NCBI RefSeq assembly: GCF_000372725.1
Contig: NW_005201791.1
Span: forward strand, 179,788 to 214,525
Direction of reading: 5' to 3'
DNA from: Emiliania huxleyi CCMP1516
Lineage: Eukaryota
DNA length: 34,738 nucleotides
Shown here: positions 16,238 to 27,232 of the stretch, in pieces
Layout: each line of letters opens with the position of its first letter
Position numbering within the stretch: position 1 is the first letter of the stretch
Notes under the pieces: model-generated
Told to the model about the DNA's origin: nothing
Seen by the model: only the letters and a program-made list of their open reading frames with translations
Database searches by the model: none
Translations under genes and position numbers: made by a program

Positions 16238-17598
16238 TTAGTGCAAGGCCGCCTCCACCACCCACAGCTTATAGGACCATTCCGCACACGTTTCGCCATG
16301 ACTGGCGGCACAATCCGACGCAGGCGTGTCATCGGCGGACGTAAAGTAGATCCGCAGCCGATGAGGGTCGAGCAGGTTCCCATCGCCAGCCTTGACGAAG
16401 GACGGATTGTGGTGGCGTTTCAAACCGGTGTGGATGGCGTTGTGTGGCATGCTCAGTTCAACTCCATAGGCGGCGGCGAGCCGCGCTGGATAGGCCTCGT
16501 CCTCATAGATGACTCCAACTTGGCGCCAAGGTTCCGACTGATCCAGCAACCCACGACGCGAGATGCTGAGGATCTGTGCTGCCCCACTTACCCGAGAATT
16601 CAAGGGGAAAGGATACAAGTCGGTCAGCATGTAGACCATGTCGCGGTGCGCATCGTACGTGACGTCGACGTTGGACAGCAAATTCACCGGGCGGCCAAAT
16701 AGGTCTGTGATGCCCTGCTTGCTCAGCTCACGGAGTTGTGGCAGATGAGGCTCGCCGTTGTCATCAAAATGCAGCGGGCTGAAGTGAACATTCCACCGGG
16801 TGTAAACACCCTCGCTGTCACCATAGGTGTGGAACAACCACGTCCCGTTCGTGCCAAACGTGGCGATGGAGGGCTGCCCGATACCGTATTCAAATGGGCG
16901 CGGCTGCGGCTTATTCACCGTCGGGGAGAATCTGAGGAACTTGTGCTGTAGAGGCGTTAATGTCTCTGTGTTGCGCAGCCCATCGAAGTAGACAACATGT
17001 ATTTCGTTGGCCTCAGATTCGTCCAGGCACGTGCGATTCGGTGGTGCAGTCGCATTCAGCCCATCGACAAGGTACCGTATGCAGTTGAACCTCTCAACAG
17101 GCATCGACGTGTGGAACATGATATTGTTGAACGTCTGCCGTCTATACGTTATCGTCCGTGCGAGGACGGCGGGCTCGCACGCATTCCAGTAATAGTTGTG
17201 CTGCCACGGCCAGTCACCGAGGTCACCCCACCACACGCCAAACTGGCCCGGGTAGCGAACACCCGGATACATAGCCACCGTCGTCAAGGCCTCTTGGTCC
17301 TCCCGCCGGTTGATGTAGTAGACCCAGTCGCTGAACGTCCAAGGTATATGGTTGTGACACGTGAAGATATGATCCACGCCGTCGCCATTGTTGAGCACCG
17401 TCGGCGAGTGCACGAATCTGTGGTTGCCGTGCACTTTCTTTGCGTCATACACCAACATCAGGCTATCACGACGCCAACGCAGCTGCACCACCCTGGCGTC
17501 CGGCCGGTGTGGCGGTGGCGGCGGCGGCGTTGAGGGAGGCGGCGGCGACGGCGGCGATGACGGCGGTGGAATGACTAGTAGTGGCGCTGGCGGCGGCA

Positions 17599-17645
<47 letters not shown>

Positions 17646-19191
17646 CGTGGCTGGCAGAGGAGCGCATCAATCGCTTCTTGCGCTCTCATCCGGTCCGTGA
17701 GCTCGACATAGCTCTGGTTGCTTCGCCGCCCCGGCAACCACTCATTCTTGCCGCTCTTTGGGTCGATCGAGTTGACGCCGTCGCACTGCGTGCACTCGCT
17801 CAAGCCCACGCCCTCGCGGCTGACTCCGCGCACCGCTAGGAGGGCGGCTAGCGGGTCGTAGCTGGAGCGGCCTCCCGGGCCCCACCCCCAGCCCGCCCGG
17901 TCGCGAAAGTCCATCAGGGCGTGCCTAGAGTCCACTCCGTAAGGCCGCGTCACCTGTGTCGCTGGTCGCGTGGGCGCGTGGAACTACTTTGCTCGCTACG
18001 AGGAGGGCGTGCCGGCACGGGTTGGCCGGCGCTGCGCACAGCTCCATCACCGCGCCAGTCCGCACCACGTCCCCGTCGCGGAACCCGAGGTAGATGGTAC
18101 GGACGGACGGCGGCACGTTTGCTGCGACGAAAGAGGACGCGGCTGCGGCGGTCGCCCTGGAGACGGCGTCCGCGCCGTTGAAACAGCCGCACGCATTGCA
18201 CTCGGCGAAGCGAGGCCCGCTCGTCGGGTAGTCTCCCGCCATGATTGAGAGGAGAGCCACCTTTTCGGCCACCAAAGCGTAGCCTACAGGGGAGGCTCTC
18301 AGAGACAGTAACGAGCACTTCTCCACGTGTTAGGCCGCTGCTTGATGAGGGAGAGGGGCCGTCCAAGGGGCTATGCGCGTCGGGGCCCGAGCGAAGCAAG
18401 AGCTCCAGATTCGTCAGCAGACCGACAGACGCGATTGTGACTGAACGCGGCGGCGAGGCGGCGAGCACGCGCCGGTACACGTCGACGGCGTCCGGCACCT
18501 GTGAGGCGTTCCGGATCGGCGAAGGGAAGGCTTTCAGGACACTGTCGACAAACGTGAGCGGAGGCTCTCCCGCCAGCGTCAGCCCAGACCCCTTGTACGC
18601 GCCAATCGGTATGTGGTCGCGGCCGTAGAAGTGGTTCACCACAGAGATGACGCCTGCTCCTGCGGGCGGCGCGCTGTCCTGCACAACTGCGAGCAGCTCC
18701 ACCTCGCCGTTGTCCGCCAGCGCATGGAGGGCGCACAAGGCAACGACGTCGTCGACGTCGCGGCAAGCGCCACACCCCATGTCGGTGTCAAGGATGAGCC
18801 TCACGGCCGGCGGCGAAGTTGGTGGTTGCAGCCATGGCGGTGCTGGCGGCACTGACAATACTGACGGGTGTGCCGGCACCCAAGAACTTGTCGTCGACGC
18901 TTCCGGCTTCATTCGGCAGACGACTGCGCCCGGTAACGGGACGGTCCTTTGGATGGCTTCGCTGTGAAGCTCGCATTTACTGTACTGGCCCCGGCCACCC
19001 AGGCGGGAGTATTCGTAGGCGAGGCATTCTGACCCGGCCTGGATGCACAGCACCGAACAACGCTCCTCGCTCAGATCCCAGTGCTCCTGCATCAGGCTGC
19101 TGTTGCCTGCGGCACAGGCTCCCATGCCGTGGTTGTGTCCCGGACGCCTCCAGTAGCCGAGCGCATTCGCCAACAACAACAACAAACCCAT
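16238..19191 (-). CDS. Secreted multidomain protein: signal peptide, PAN/Apple-like domain, nucleoside hydrolase domain, poly-Pro linker, putative five-bladed beta-propeller glycosidase-like domain (~929 aa)
   Basis: Exons 19191-18360, 18283-18013, 17924-16238 total 2790 nt in frame, with two GC-AG introns. MGLLLLLANALG leader; CxxxC...CLAYEY...CELH PAN pattern; LILDTDMG...DVDDVVAL, VTIASVGLLTNL, IMAG and RSSYDPL of IU-type nucleoside hydrolases. The C-terminal repeats FVHSPTVL, ACEPAVL, YGIGQPS, HHNPSF resemble propeller blades (less certain). Confidence 0.82.
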
Positions 19192-20538
19192 CGTGATTTT
19201 AGGCGCCTTCGTTGACCAGGGGCACCTGCGAGGCGCGAGAGGCGCAGCGGAGGGTGGCAGCGGCGTGTTTGGCAATGCTGGCTGCGGCAAAGGCGGCGCC
19301 GCTGGTGGCCCGCTGCAACGGACTCGGGGCGCCGTGGGAACGCGCCGTGGGGGTGTGCGTGCGTGTGGGGAGAGGGCGGTGAAGAGAGCCTGCCTCGCGC
19401 AAGGGCAGCAGAGAGAGAAGAGCTTGCGAGGTTGTGTGGGTCGGGTCGGGTGGGGTGCGGTGTTCTCTGTTCTCGAGGTGGATATCCTTTGGCCGCGTTG
19501 GGTAGCGAGGATTGGTGTAACCCGAGCCACGGAGGCGTGTTTTCTGGCGGCCGACCGTCAGTGCACGGAGTTGCCACTTCTCCGACTGCCCCGGCTAGTT
19601 CCCGAGGTCGTCGGGTGTGACCCCTTCGTCCCCCGAGACCTAGCGCGGGTGGGTTGGAGGGGGCTCGCCCCGTTCCTCCCCATCGGGCCGCGTGAGCGGC
19701 CTCGCCTCGCAGATTCGTTTTTCGCGCCTGGGTCAGGCGCGCGGGGCATCCCCCGGGTCGCTCGACCAGCGATCCGAAGAGTGGCCGCTATGCGAGGGAA
19801 AGAGCGGGGCCCACGGGGTACGCCTCCGTCCGGCCCCCTCCGAGGGGGGAAGGGAATTGTGGGGTCCCCACGGGCGCCTCAGTTCGGCCCTCCCGAGGGG
19901 GGGGAGGGGAGCAAGGGGGTGGGGGGATCGGGGCGGGGGGGGAGGGGTCTCGGGTTTCGTGTGGCTAATACTTGCCTTTCGGAGAGGGGCCTCAGTGCAG
20001 GCGATCCAGGGCAAGCCGGCTCAGCCCGACGTCTTCCCCTCCTCCCCTCGAGGCAGCGAGTGGCAGCGAGAGGAGGTATCGAGCGCCTATGCTCTGATGG
20101 TGTGCGCGGATGGTGGCAGGCTCGGGCGCGTGGGCGGGCGGGCGGGCGGGCGGGCGGGCAGGCGGACGAGCGGGCGGGTGGGTTGGCGTGGACGGAGCAC
20201 AACAGCAGGGGGGGGGAGGGGGGGGGGGGGGGGCATCAGTTAACAGCGTACTAAGTCGAGAGCAACAGCAGCAGCGCCCCAAACGAGGCAGGCCAGCAGC
20301 AGCAGCGGCCTCGCCTCCTGCGGTGTCTAACTCTTGCAGTCTATCTAGGCGGCCGCGAGGTTAATATACCAAATAATGGTGTCAAAACACCGGGGGGTGG
20401 TCGGTGCGCAGGCACCTGAGGGGCTTAGCGCCGAGCGCGCAGCCGGCTCGACGTCAGTCCCTCCACAACACACCGCGCTCCACTTGACATCACCTTGACT
20501 CTCTCTCGACTAAGCACTGCCTCCCACTCTCCCTCTCT

Positions 20539-21180
20539 TCACTTCTCTCGACTGAGCTCATCGTCGCGCTGGTTTGCTCCCATTTGGGTTTTCCTCCCTG
20601 CCCTTTTCCGCCTCCTCCGCTTCGCCGCCGGAGGGGCACTGCTGCTCGCCTCGTCGCCTTCCGCCATCACGGTCGGCGCCTCGTCGTCGAGCGCCTCCCC
20701 TCGCTCGCGCCGCCCGAGGACCGTCTCGCCTTCTGGAGCACTGCTGCTCGCCTCGCCTCCTGCCGCCGTCGCGGCTGGCGCCTCGTCGTCGAGCGCCTCC
20801 CCTCGTGCCGCCGGGCTGATCGTGTTGGACCCCGTCTCCGCCTCGTCGACGGCGTCGCAAATGCTCATCTCGTCGTCGTCGTCGCCGACTGGGTCGCATC
20901 GTGGGCTGTCGCCAGCGGTTGGGAGGTCCGCCTCCCCCTCGAGCTGCCTCTCCATTTCTAAGTCGTCGCTGGTCGGCGCTGCCTCTTCGTCTGCTCGTAG
21001 CGCCTCCTCTCTTGCACTCGTCCGTTTCCGCTTTCTCCTCTGCTGGCGCCCGAGGTCATCTGTTCGGTCGCTCGCCCCTACCCCCTCCTCGCCCCCTCCG
21101 CTCTCTCGCCGCTCCCGCTCCTCGCTGGCCTCCGCCTCCTCCTCTCCGCGCAGCCTCCTCTCAATCGTCTGGCCTGCCAT
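20539..21180 (-). other. Low-complexity acidic/basic ORF with an internal duplication, probably TE-derived or a disordered protein fragment
   Basis: 213-aa ORF from ATG; RGEALDDEAP...EASSSAP occurs twice; NLS-like KRRRRKR; no recognisable domain. Confidence 0.35.
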
Positions 21181-21730
21181 TCCGAGCGCATTCTTCCTCG
21201 CCGCCTCCTCTGCGGCGTGACCGTGCAGTACGTCCAGGCGTAGATCTTAGCTAACGAAACACACGCTAGCTAAGGACAGGGTCGGACTGTGTGCTAGTCC
21301 GAGACCTACGGCCCCAGGGAAGAGAACCCTGGTGCACCTGTTCGCGGGGTTCCGCCCCACTAAGCAGGGCAACCTCTCTCGAGGCGGCTAGACTCTATCT
21401 CAAGCTCTCGCCCACCCGTGTCGAGTCGTTACACGTCCCCACGTCTCATGCTAGCCGAGCCACCCGGCCGAGCCCAAGGCTATCCATTCGAGACGGACCT
21501 GCCCCGAGACGGCTTCGGTGTGGTGGTGTGGTGTGGTGTGGTGTGGTGTGTGTGGGAGACTAACGCGGGCTTCTTGACCGGGAAAGGTCGAGCCGGAGAG
21601 AGTAGAGCTGCGCCTACGACAGCACGCCGAGGCGTGAGTGTCGCAACGACAACGTGATAGGTTGCCGACACACTCTCACGCGTCCACGGCGCTCGGACTG
21701 GAGCCGGGCGGCGACGAGAGCGAGCGGGCT

Positions 21731-21902
21731 GTGTATCTTTGAAGTGAAGTTACGCGGTCCGTGAAGATACACCACTTCGACCTGGAACCCGTGTATCTTC
21801 GTATGAAGATACATCGCTTCGGCGCGGAACCCGCATAAGTAAATCTCGGTGTATCTTCGGTGTATCTTCCGTCCGTCTAGATACACGGAGGAGTGTATCT
21901 TC
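21731..21902. repeat. Cluster of direct and inverted GTGTATCTT motifs (transposon subterminal or MITE-like)
   Basis: Forward copies near 21731, 21791, 21849, 21860, 21893; reverse (AGATACA) copies near 21764, 21805, 21879. Confidence 0.65.
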
Positions 21903-21997
21903 TCTCGTGACACGAACCTCCCTCCAGGGAACCTCCCAAAGGGGGGGGCGTGCCGGTCCTTGGCCCAGAGGCAGATACCTTACTACTCAAGCACGCG

Positions 21998-23704
21998 TCA
22001 AACCCCCTGCCACTCACGAATCTGCCGGCGCAGCGTGTGGTTGGGGGCGAGGAAGCTGTGCACGAGCGCCTCGCCCGTCATCGGGCTCGTCGACTTGGTC
22101 GCGAGCCAGCGCTCGATTGCCGACCGCTCGTACGAATGCCCGTCCGCCGCCATCACCGGGTCACTCATGAGCTCGGTCGTGATCGGGCAGATGAAGTCGG
22201 CCGGCGGCTCCTCCTCCCTCGGAGCCGGCGCCTCTGCAGCCGAGGACGGCCCTTGCGCCTCCGCCGCCCGCCTCCCCTCCTCCAGCCTCGCGCTCTCCTC
22301 GAGCGCCGCCGCAAGCTCCGCCTCCTCCGTCGCCGCCACCGCCTCCTCCTCCGCCTCCTCTGCCGGCGCCTCGGGCTCTTGCGACGGCCCAGCGCCTCCC
22401 CCGCCGCCCTGCTTCTTCTTCTTGCCCCTCTTCTTGGCCGTCTTCTTCTCCTCGGCGCGCTTCTCCGCCTCTGCCTCTGACAGCAGCGCCGCCGCAGCCT
22501 CCTCGGCCGCCCTCTCGGCCTCCACCCTCTCTGCCGCCGCCCTCTCGGCCACTGCCCTCTCCACCCTCGCCTCAATCTCTGCTCTCTTCGCCTCCCTCGC
22601 CGCCGCCACAAGTGCGCGCTCGCACTCGCCGTGGCCCTCCTCCTTGGCCAGCTGCAGCGCCGTCTCGCCGCTCGCAGCAGTGCGCGCCGCTGTGTCTGCG
22701 CCCGCCCGCAGCAGGCAGAGCACGACGGCGGAGTGGCCTTCCAGGCACGCAACGTGCAGGGGTGTGAAGCCGTCCTCCGCGGCTCGGTCGACCGCCGCGC
22801 TGGCGCCGAGGAGCAGCCGAACGCACTCGAGCTGGCCCTGCTGGCTCGCGATGTACAGCGGCGTGGCGCCGTCCTCCTTGGCTTGGTTGACCGCCGCACC
22901 CGCTTCGAGGAGCAGCCGGGCGACGTCGAGGTGGCCCTTCTGGCACGCGATGAACAGCGGCGTGGCGCCGTCCGCCTTGGCTTGGTTGATCGCCGCGCTG
23001 GCCTCGAGAAGCAGCTGGGCGCACTCGAGGTGGCCCTTCTCGCACGCGATGAACAGCGGCGTGGCATCGTTGATGTTGGCCTGGTTAACCGCCGCGCCAG
23101 CAGCGAGAAGCAGCCGGACGATCACGAGGTGACGCTCCTGGCACGCGACGTACAGCGGCGTGAAGCCGTCAGCGTCTGCTTGGTTCACCGCAGCGCCAGC
23201 GGCGAGCAACAGACGGACGCAGTCGATCTGGCCATCCAGGCTCGCAACGCTCAGCGGCGTGGTGCCGTCATTCTCGGCTTGGTTGACCGCCGCGCTGCCC
23301 TCGAGAAGCAGCTGGGCGCACTCGAGCTGGCCCTCCTGGCACGCGATGGACAGCGGCGTGGCGCCGTTGACGTCGGCTTGGTCGGCGTCAGCGTTGGCGC
23401 CGAGGAGCAGCCCGGCGCACTCGAGCTGGCCCTCTTGGCACGCGACGAACAGCGCGGAGCAGCCACGGCCCGTCGTCGCCGCCACGCTCGCGCCGCTCTC
23501 GAGCAGCAGCCGCACCGCGTCGGCCTGCCCGTGCCGAGCGGCGATAATCAGCAGCGTAAAGTGGTCCTCGGCCTCGAGCCGCGCGTCGAGCAGGGCCGTG
23601 AGCGCCCGACCACGCGTCCACCCGGCGAGGAGGGCGCGCAGCAAGGTCAAATCGCCCCGGCGCAGGTCGGCGATCAAGGTCGGGCTGATGGCGTTCATGT
23701 GCAT
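21998..23704 (-). CDS. Ankyrin-repeat U-box E3 ubiquitin ligase, intronless
   Basis: Nine full plus one partial 33-aa ankyrin repeats (G.TPL.IAC..G.LE...LLL), an Ala/Glu coiled coil, a Lys-rich patch, and a C-terminal U-box PADFICPITTELMSDPVMAADGHSYERSAIERWL...SPMTGE.L....LAPNHTLRRQI. Start taken at ATG 23704 (23698 is an alternative) because the upstream frame runs through a simple repeat. Confidence 0.93.
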   Translation of the reverse strand: MHMNAISPTLIADLRRGDLTLLRALLAGWTRGRALTALLDARLEAEDHFTLLIIAARHGQADAVRLLLESGASVAATTGRGCSALFVACQEGQLECAGLLLGANADADQADVNGATPLSIACQEGQLECAQLLLEGSAAVNQAENDGTTPLSVASLDGQIDCVRLLLAAGAAVNQADADGFTPLYVACQERHLVIVRLLLAAGAAVNQANINDATPLFIACEKGHLECAQLLLEASAAINQAKADGATPLFIACQKGHLDVARLLLEAGAAVNQAKEDGATPLYIASQQGQLECVRLLLGASAAVDRAAEDGFTPLHVACLEGHSAVVLCLLRAGADTAARTAASGETALQLAKEEGHGECERALVAAAREAKRAEIEARVERAVAERAAAERVEAERAAEEAAAALLSEAEAEKRAEEKKTAKKRGKKKKQGGGGGAGPSQEPEAPAEEAEEEAVAATEEAELAAALEESARLEEGRRAAEAQGPSSAAEAPAPREEEPPADFICPITTELMSDPVMAADGHSYERSAIERWLATKSTSPMTGEALVHSFLAPNHTLRRQIREWQGV

Positions 23705-23753
23705 GCCTCGGTGGCGCGGGGCTCGGGAGTTCACAGCCTTGTTATCGGCCCAG

Positions 23754-23856
23754 AGGGGTGGTTGAGGGGTTGAGGGGTTGAGGGGTTGAGGCCCCCCCTC
23801 CACCATCTGGTTGGCGGTTGAGACCCCCCGTCAACCCTTTAGTTGAGGGTTGAGGC
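23754..23856. repeat. (GGTTGAGG)-type 7-mer tandem and inverted repeats
   Basis: ggttgaggggttgaggggttgaggggttgagg plus scattered direct and inverted copies between the divergent U-box and kinase genes. Confidence 0.7.
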
Positions 23857-24029
23857 CTCCGGGGCCTATTCAAAGGCTGGCGCGTGATCACAAGATACAC
23901 TGGAACAACCCTGCCGCCAAATCCCAAAAATCGCTTCGCCTGCGGCGCGCTCTTGCGCCCCTCATACCTCGAGCGCAATCCATAAGTAGGAGACGCTCAC
24001 TGTCGCCATTCAGGCGCCTGATCTTTCAG

Positions 24030-24989
24030 CAAAGCGATGGCCTACCAGGCTCAGTGCCCATCCCGCCGGACGCAGCGCCAGTGTCGGAGGGGCTGATTCG
24101 CTATGAAGAGATCAAGTTCGGGAAGCAGCTCGGCGAGGGCAGCTTCGGCATGGTCTACCAGGCCGTGTGGAAGCACGACGACGTCGCCGTCAAAAAGATC
24201 AAGGACAAGCTGCTCCGTAAGAATGCCGAGGCCGCAAAGGTCGAGTTCATCAAGGAGCTCAAGCTGCTGCGCTCGCTCACAAATCGTCACGTGGTGCGCT
24301 TCTGCCAAGCGAAGACTTTATACGCCACGCGCAACATACGCACTCCTCTCGTACTCCTCTCGTTGTCTCCGCCCGATGCGCCGCCCGCGCTCTCATCATC
24401 CGGCTCACTCTCTGATGGAGCAGGTGCAGTGCTTTGGCGGTCACGCGTCCGGAAATCACTTCTTCATCGTCACTGAGCTCATGGAGCGCGGCTCCCTCGC
24501 GGACTGCCTCGACAAGCACGCAGACGAGTTTGCGTGGGCACGCCTCGGAAAGAAGGTGCTGCTTGGCGCCGCCAAGGGCCTGCTTCACATCCACAGCTGC
24601 GATATGGTGCACTTTGACATCAAGCCGCTCAACGTGCTCATCAACGAACACAACACGGCAAAGCTCGCCGACGTGGGTCTGGCCAAGAGGCTCACGACAA
24701 CTGTCACCAAGCCCGGCGGGTGGACGCCCGCATATGCCGCGCCGGAGATCCTCAACCGCGAGGGCGCCAACCAGAAGAGCGACATTTTCTCGTTCGGGCT
24801 GATGATATGGCAGGTTTATACGCAGCTCAACAGCCAAGTCTCGGCGACAAATGCGACGCCGACCCGCGCTGGCCGGTGGCGGGGATCCTCACGGGCGCCG
24901 GCACCACACACGGTGGTGCGCTTGCGAAGGAAATGGGCCGCCGCCCTAGCGCAGTGCAGATGAAGGAGGAGCTTGAGCACCAACTTTAG
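24030..24989 (+). pseudogene. TKL-group protein kinase, 5'-truncated with a frameshift (pseudogene or sequence error)
   Basis: LGEGSFGMVY, VAVKK, E of helix C, one intron 24294-24423, IVTELMERGSL, HFDIKPLN, DVG, YAAPE, SDIFSFG. The C-terminus homologous to the 33368-33556 paralog (WPVA.LL.GAG..H.GALA...RRP) is reached only through a frameshift at about 24829. No in-frame ATG precedes the domain. Confidence 0.7.
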
Positions 24990-25315
24990 CGTGTAGGGGG
25001 GCGTGCGGCTGATATCCGGGCATGCTTCTAGGCGTGAATCGCGTCGCGTGCATGGTCGCGTGGGTGGTTTTTGATATCGCCTCGTAAGCCTGGTAAGGTA
25101 AGGTTGCTATTGCTCAAAATCTCAGGCAGGCAAGACCTATACCGGCAGAGAAAAGGAAGGGCGGTCCGGCGCGGGACAAGGGCGGCGAATGGGCAGCAGC
25201 GGACGCGTCTCGCGGCCCCGCGATGGCAGTGGCCGTACCTGCGGGCGGGAGGGCGCAGGCGGTGCTGCCCGGCGAAGCCGCGTTTTGCGGCGCGCGAGGG
25301 CGTAGCCCCGAGACG

Positions 25316-25730
25316 CTGCACACGTCGGGCGTCGGGACGAGCCTCTTCATGGCGCCCGAGGTGCGCGCCCAGTCGAGCGCGCGCAGAGGGCCGCCGACGG
25401 TGGGCTACGACGAGCGGTGCGACACCTTCTCGTACGGGATGCTGCTCTGGTCCCTCATGCACGAGGTGGCCGTCCCGCCCTCCTCCGCCTCCGCGTCGCG
25501 GCCGCGCGTGAGCTTGCCGCCGACCGCGCCGTCTACTCGGGCCTGATCACCCGCTGCTGGCAGCAAGACCCGGCGATGCGGCCGAGCATGCAGGAGGTGG
25601 CCGCCGAGACGATCTCCCTCACGCAGCGCTCCAGCAAGCTACGCGCTGCCCGCGTCCGACGCCCGCGCGCCGGCACCACACATGGCGGGCCGGCCGTCGG
25701 GCGAGACCGTGCACGTAGGCCCGGTCAACA
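25316..25730 (+). pseudogene. Protein kinase C-lobe remnant
   Basis: TSGVGTSLFMAPEV...YDERCDTFSYGMLLW, then after a frameshift LITRCWQQDPAMRPSMQEV, then AGTTHGG...RRP resembling the neighbouring kinase tail. No N-lobe or catalytic loop is visible. Confidence 0.65.
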
Positions 25731-25900
25731 GCTGCTCAAACAAGCTCGACGGCGAGCCCGCGTCGGAGCAGGAAGGAGACGTTGGATTCGTTGTGTCCGG
25801 AGGACTCCTGGAGTGTGTACGTTGATTTACGGCTCATGTTGGTGTAACCCGATTCGCACCTGCGTGTTTAGAGTGACTACAACGAACGAAGCCCGGCCCT

Positions 25901-26174
25901 GTTTTCTTTTTTTGAGAGCGCCTTCGTTGTTAATAGTACAAACCCAATGGTCCTCTGCGAGCGGTCCTTCGTTGCAGTCGCACACACGCACACGCCACAC
26001 CGCACCGCGCGCCCGCCCACCGCCCCGCCCAGGCGGGAAAGAGATGAGGGGATGGGACAGCAAAGGAGGAACCCCAAACACGTATGGGAGGGTTCAGTAA
26101 TGCGCCACGCTGCCCGGCGTCTCTCACTTTCCGGGACAGCCCCGCCCTTGTGAGGCAGGAAAGTGACGGCTACC
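25901..26174 (-). mobile_element. ~280-bp retroposon 3' end with poly(A), copy 2
   Basis: The reverse complement matches 4689-4940 and ends ttaacaacgaaggcgctctcaaaaaaagaaaac. Confidence 0.78.
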
Positions 26175-26842
26175 CCGTACGCCCAGTTCTAGGTTCTACT
26201 CCCCTGGGTCATAAGGTACGTCACTTTGTTTGTAACTCAGAAACTAGTTCCTGGCCAAATGGCTCCCGCTGGCTATATCTTTTATGAGCTTAGCCTTCGA
26301 TGTTATGAAACAACGCAAGGCGGACATGGCATATCGCTCTCGGGCCCACAGACATCCCGCACACTCGCCGCACACCCGCCGCCCCCGCGCGCGCCCCGCC
26401 CCGGCCGGGAGAAAGGGGAGTGACAGTTTGGGACGGCAACAGAACGAGTATGTTGAGTCCTGGCTCAACAACGCAGATAAAGGACTTGGGTGGTCCGGCC
26501 CACAAGTCGGGCTCATGCGCCCCGACTGACCGATCTACCGCACTGATCACTTCCGCCCCCTCGCTCCCAACCCATCCACCTCGCCTCGGGCCGCGCCGCG
26601 CGATCTCGGGCGATCTCGCGCGATCTCGGGCGATCTCGGAGCTCCACGCCACGCCTCTCCACCCCGCCCCACCTCACCCACCGCCGCGCCGCGCTATCTC
26701 GGGCGATCTCGGAGCGTCGCTCGCGCGGCGTCACACCTGCTCAAAAAGGAAGGAGGTTGGAGGCAGGAGGTCACGCCCCATCCAGAGCGCCGTCGTCGCC
26801 GGGTTTTTGGCCCCCGGGTCGTCGCCCGACGGTTGCTGCGCG

Positions 26843-27069
26843 CACATCCTGAGCGAAGTTCCCTAGTCACCCGCGGCCGGACTCCATCCGGCACGCGTCG
26901 CTGGGCGCTCAGAGCCGCGTCGGCGATGACGGTCACACAGGAGCGACACACAGAACCACAAGACAAGACACTCAGCCAAACTGACTGCCACACATCCTGA
27001 GCGAAGTTCCCTAGTCACCCGCGGCCGGACTCCATCCGGCACGCGTCGCTGGGCGCTCAGAGCCGCGTC
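26843..27069. repeat. Two identical 79-bp direct repeats, each a long imperfect hairpin
   Basis: 26843-26921 and 26991-27069, separated by 69 bp. Nested stems CTGAGCG/CGCTCAG, CCTAG/CTGGG, CGCG/CGCG, GCCGGA/TCCGGC. Confidence 0.85.
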
Positions 27070-27232
27070 CCCTGCTCGCCACCCCGACGCCCAAGGCGCC
27101 CGAGTGAACGACAGGCGGCACGCGAAGACTGATATTTGTTCTGTTTTTTTATTTGTCAGGCATTTGAGACGCTCTGTCAGTCTCTCAGTCCGAGCCGGCC
27201 GCGACTCGCGATCGCGCGGTTCGCCCACGAGA

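Noticed and set aside
19193..20254. 353-aa plus-strand ORF
   Set aside because: Gly/Arg-rich translation of G-rich upstream sequence without an ATG start or domain.
21849..23773. Long plus-strand ORFs opposite the ankyrin-U-box gene
   Set aside because: Antisense shadows of a GC-rich coding region with no domain signal.
23754..23790. Interstitial telomere
   Set aside because: The unit is TTGAGGG with only about four copies and nearby inverted copies; better explained as a simple or subterminal repeat.
26284..26529. 81-aa ORF as a small gene
   Set aside because: No recognisable domain and no consistent splice model; it cannot be supported from sequence alone.
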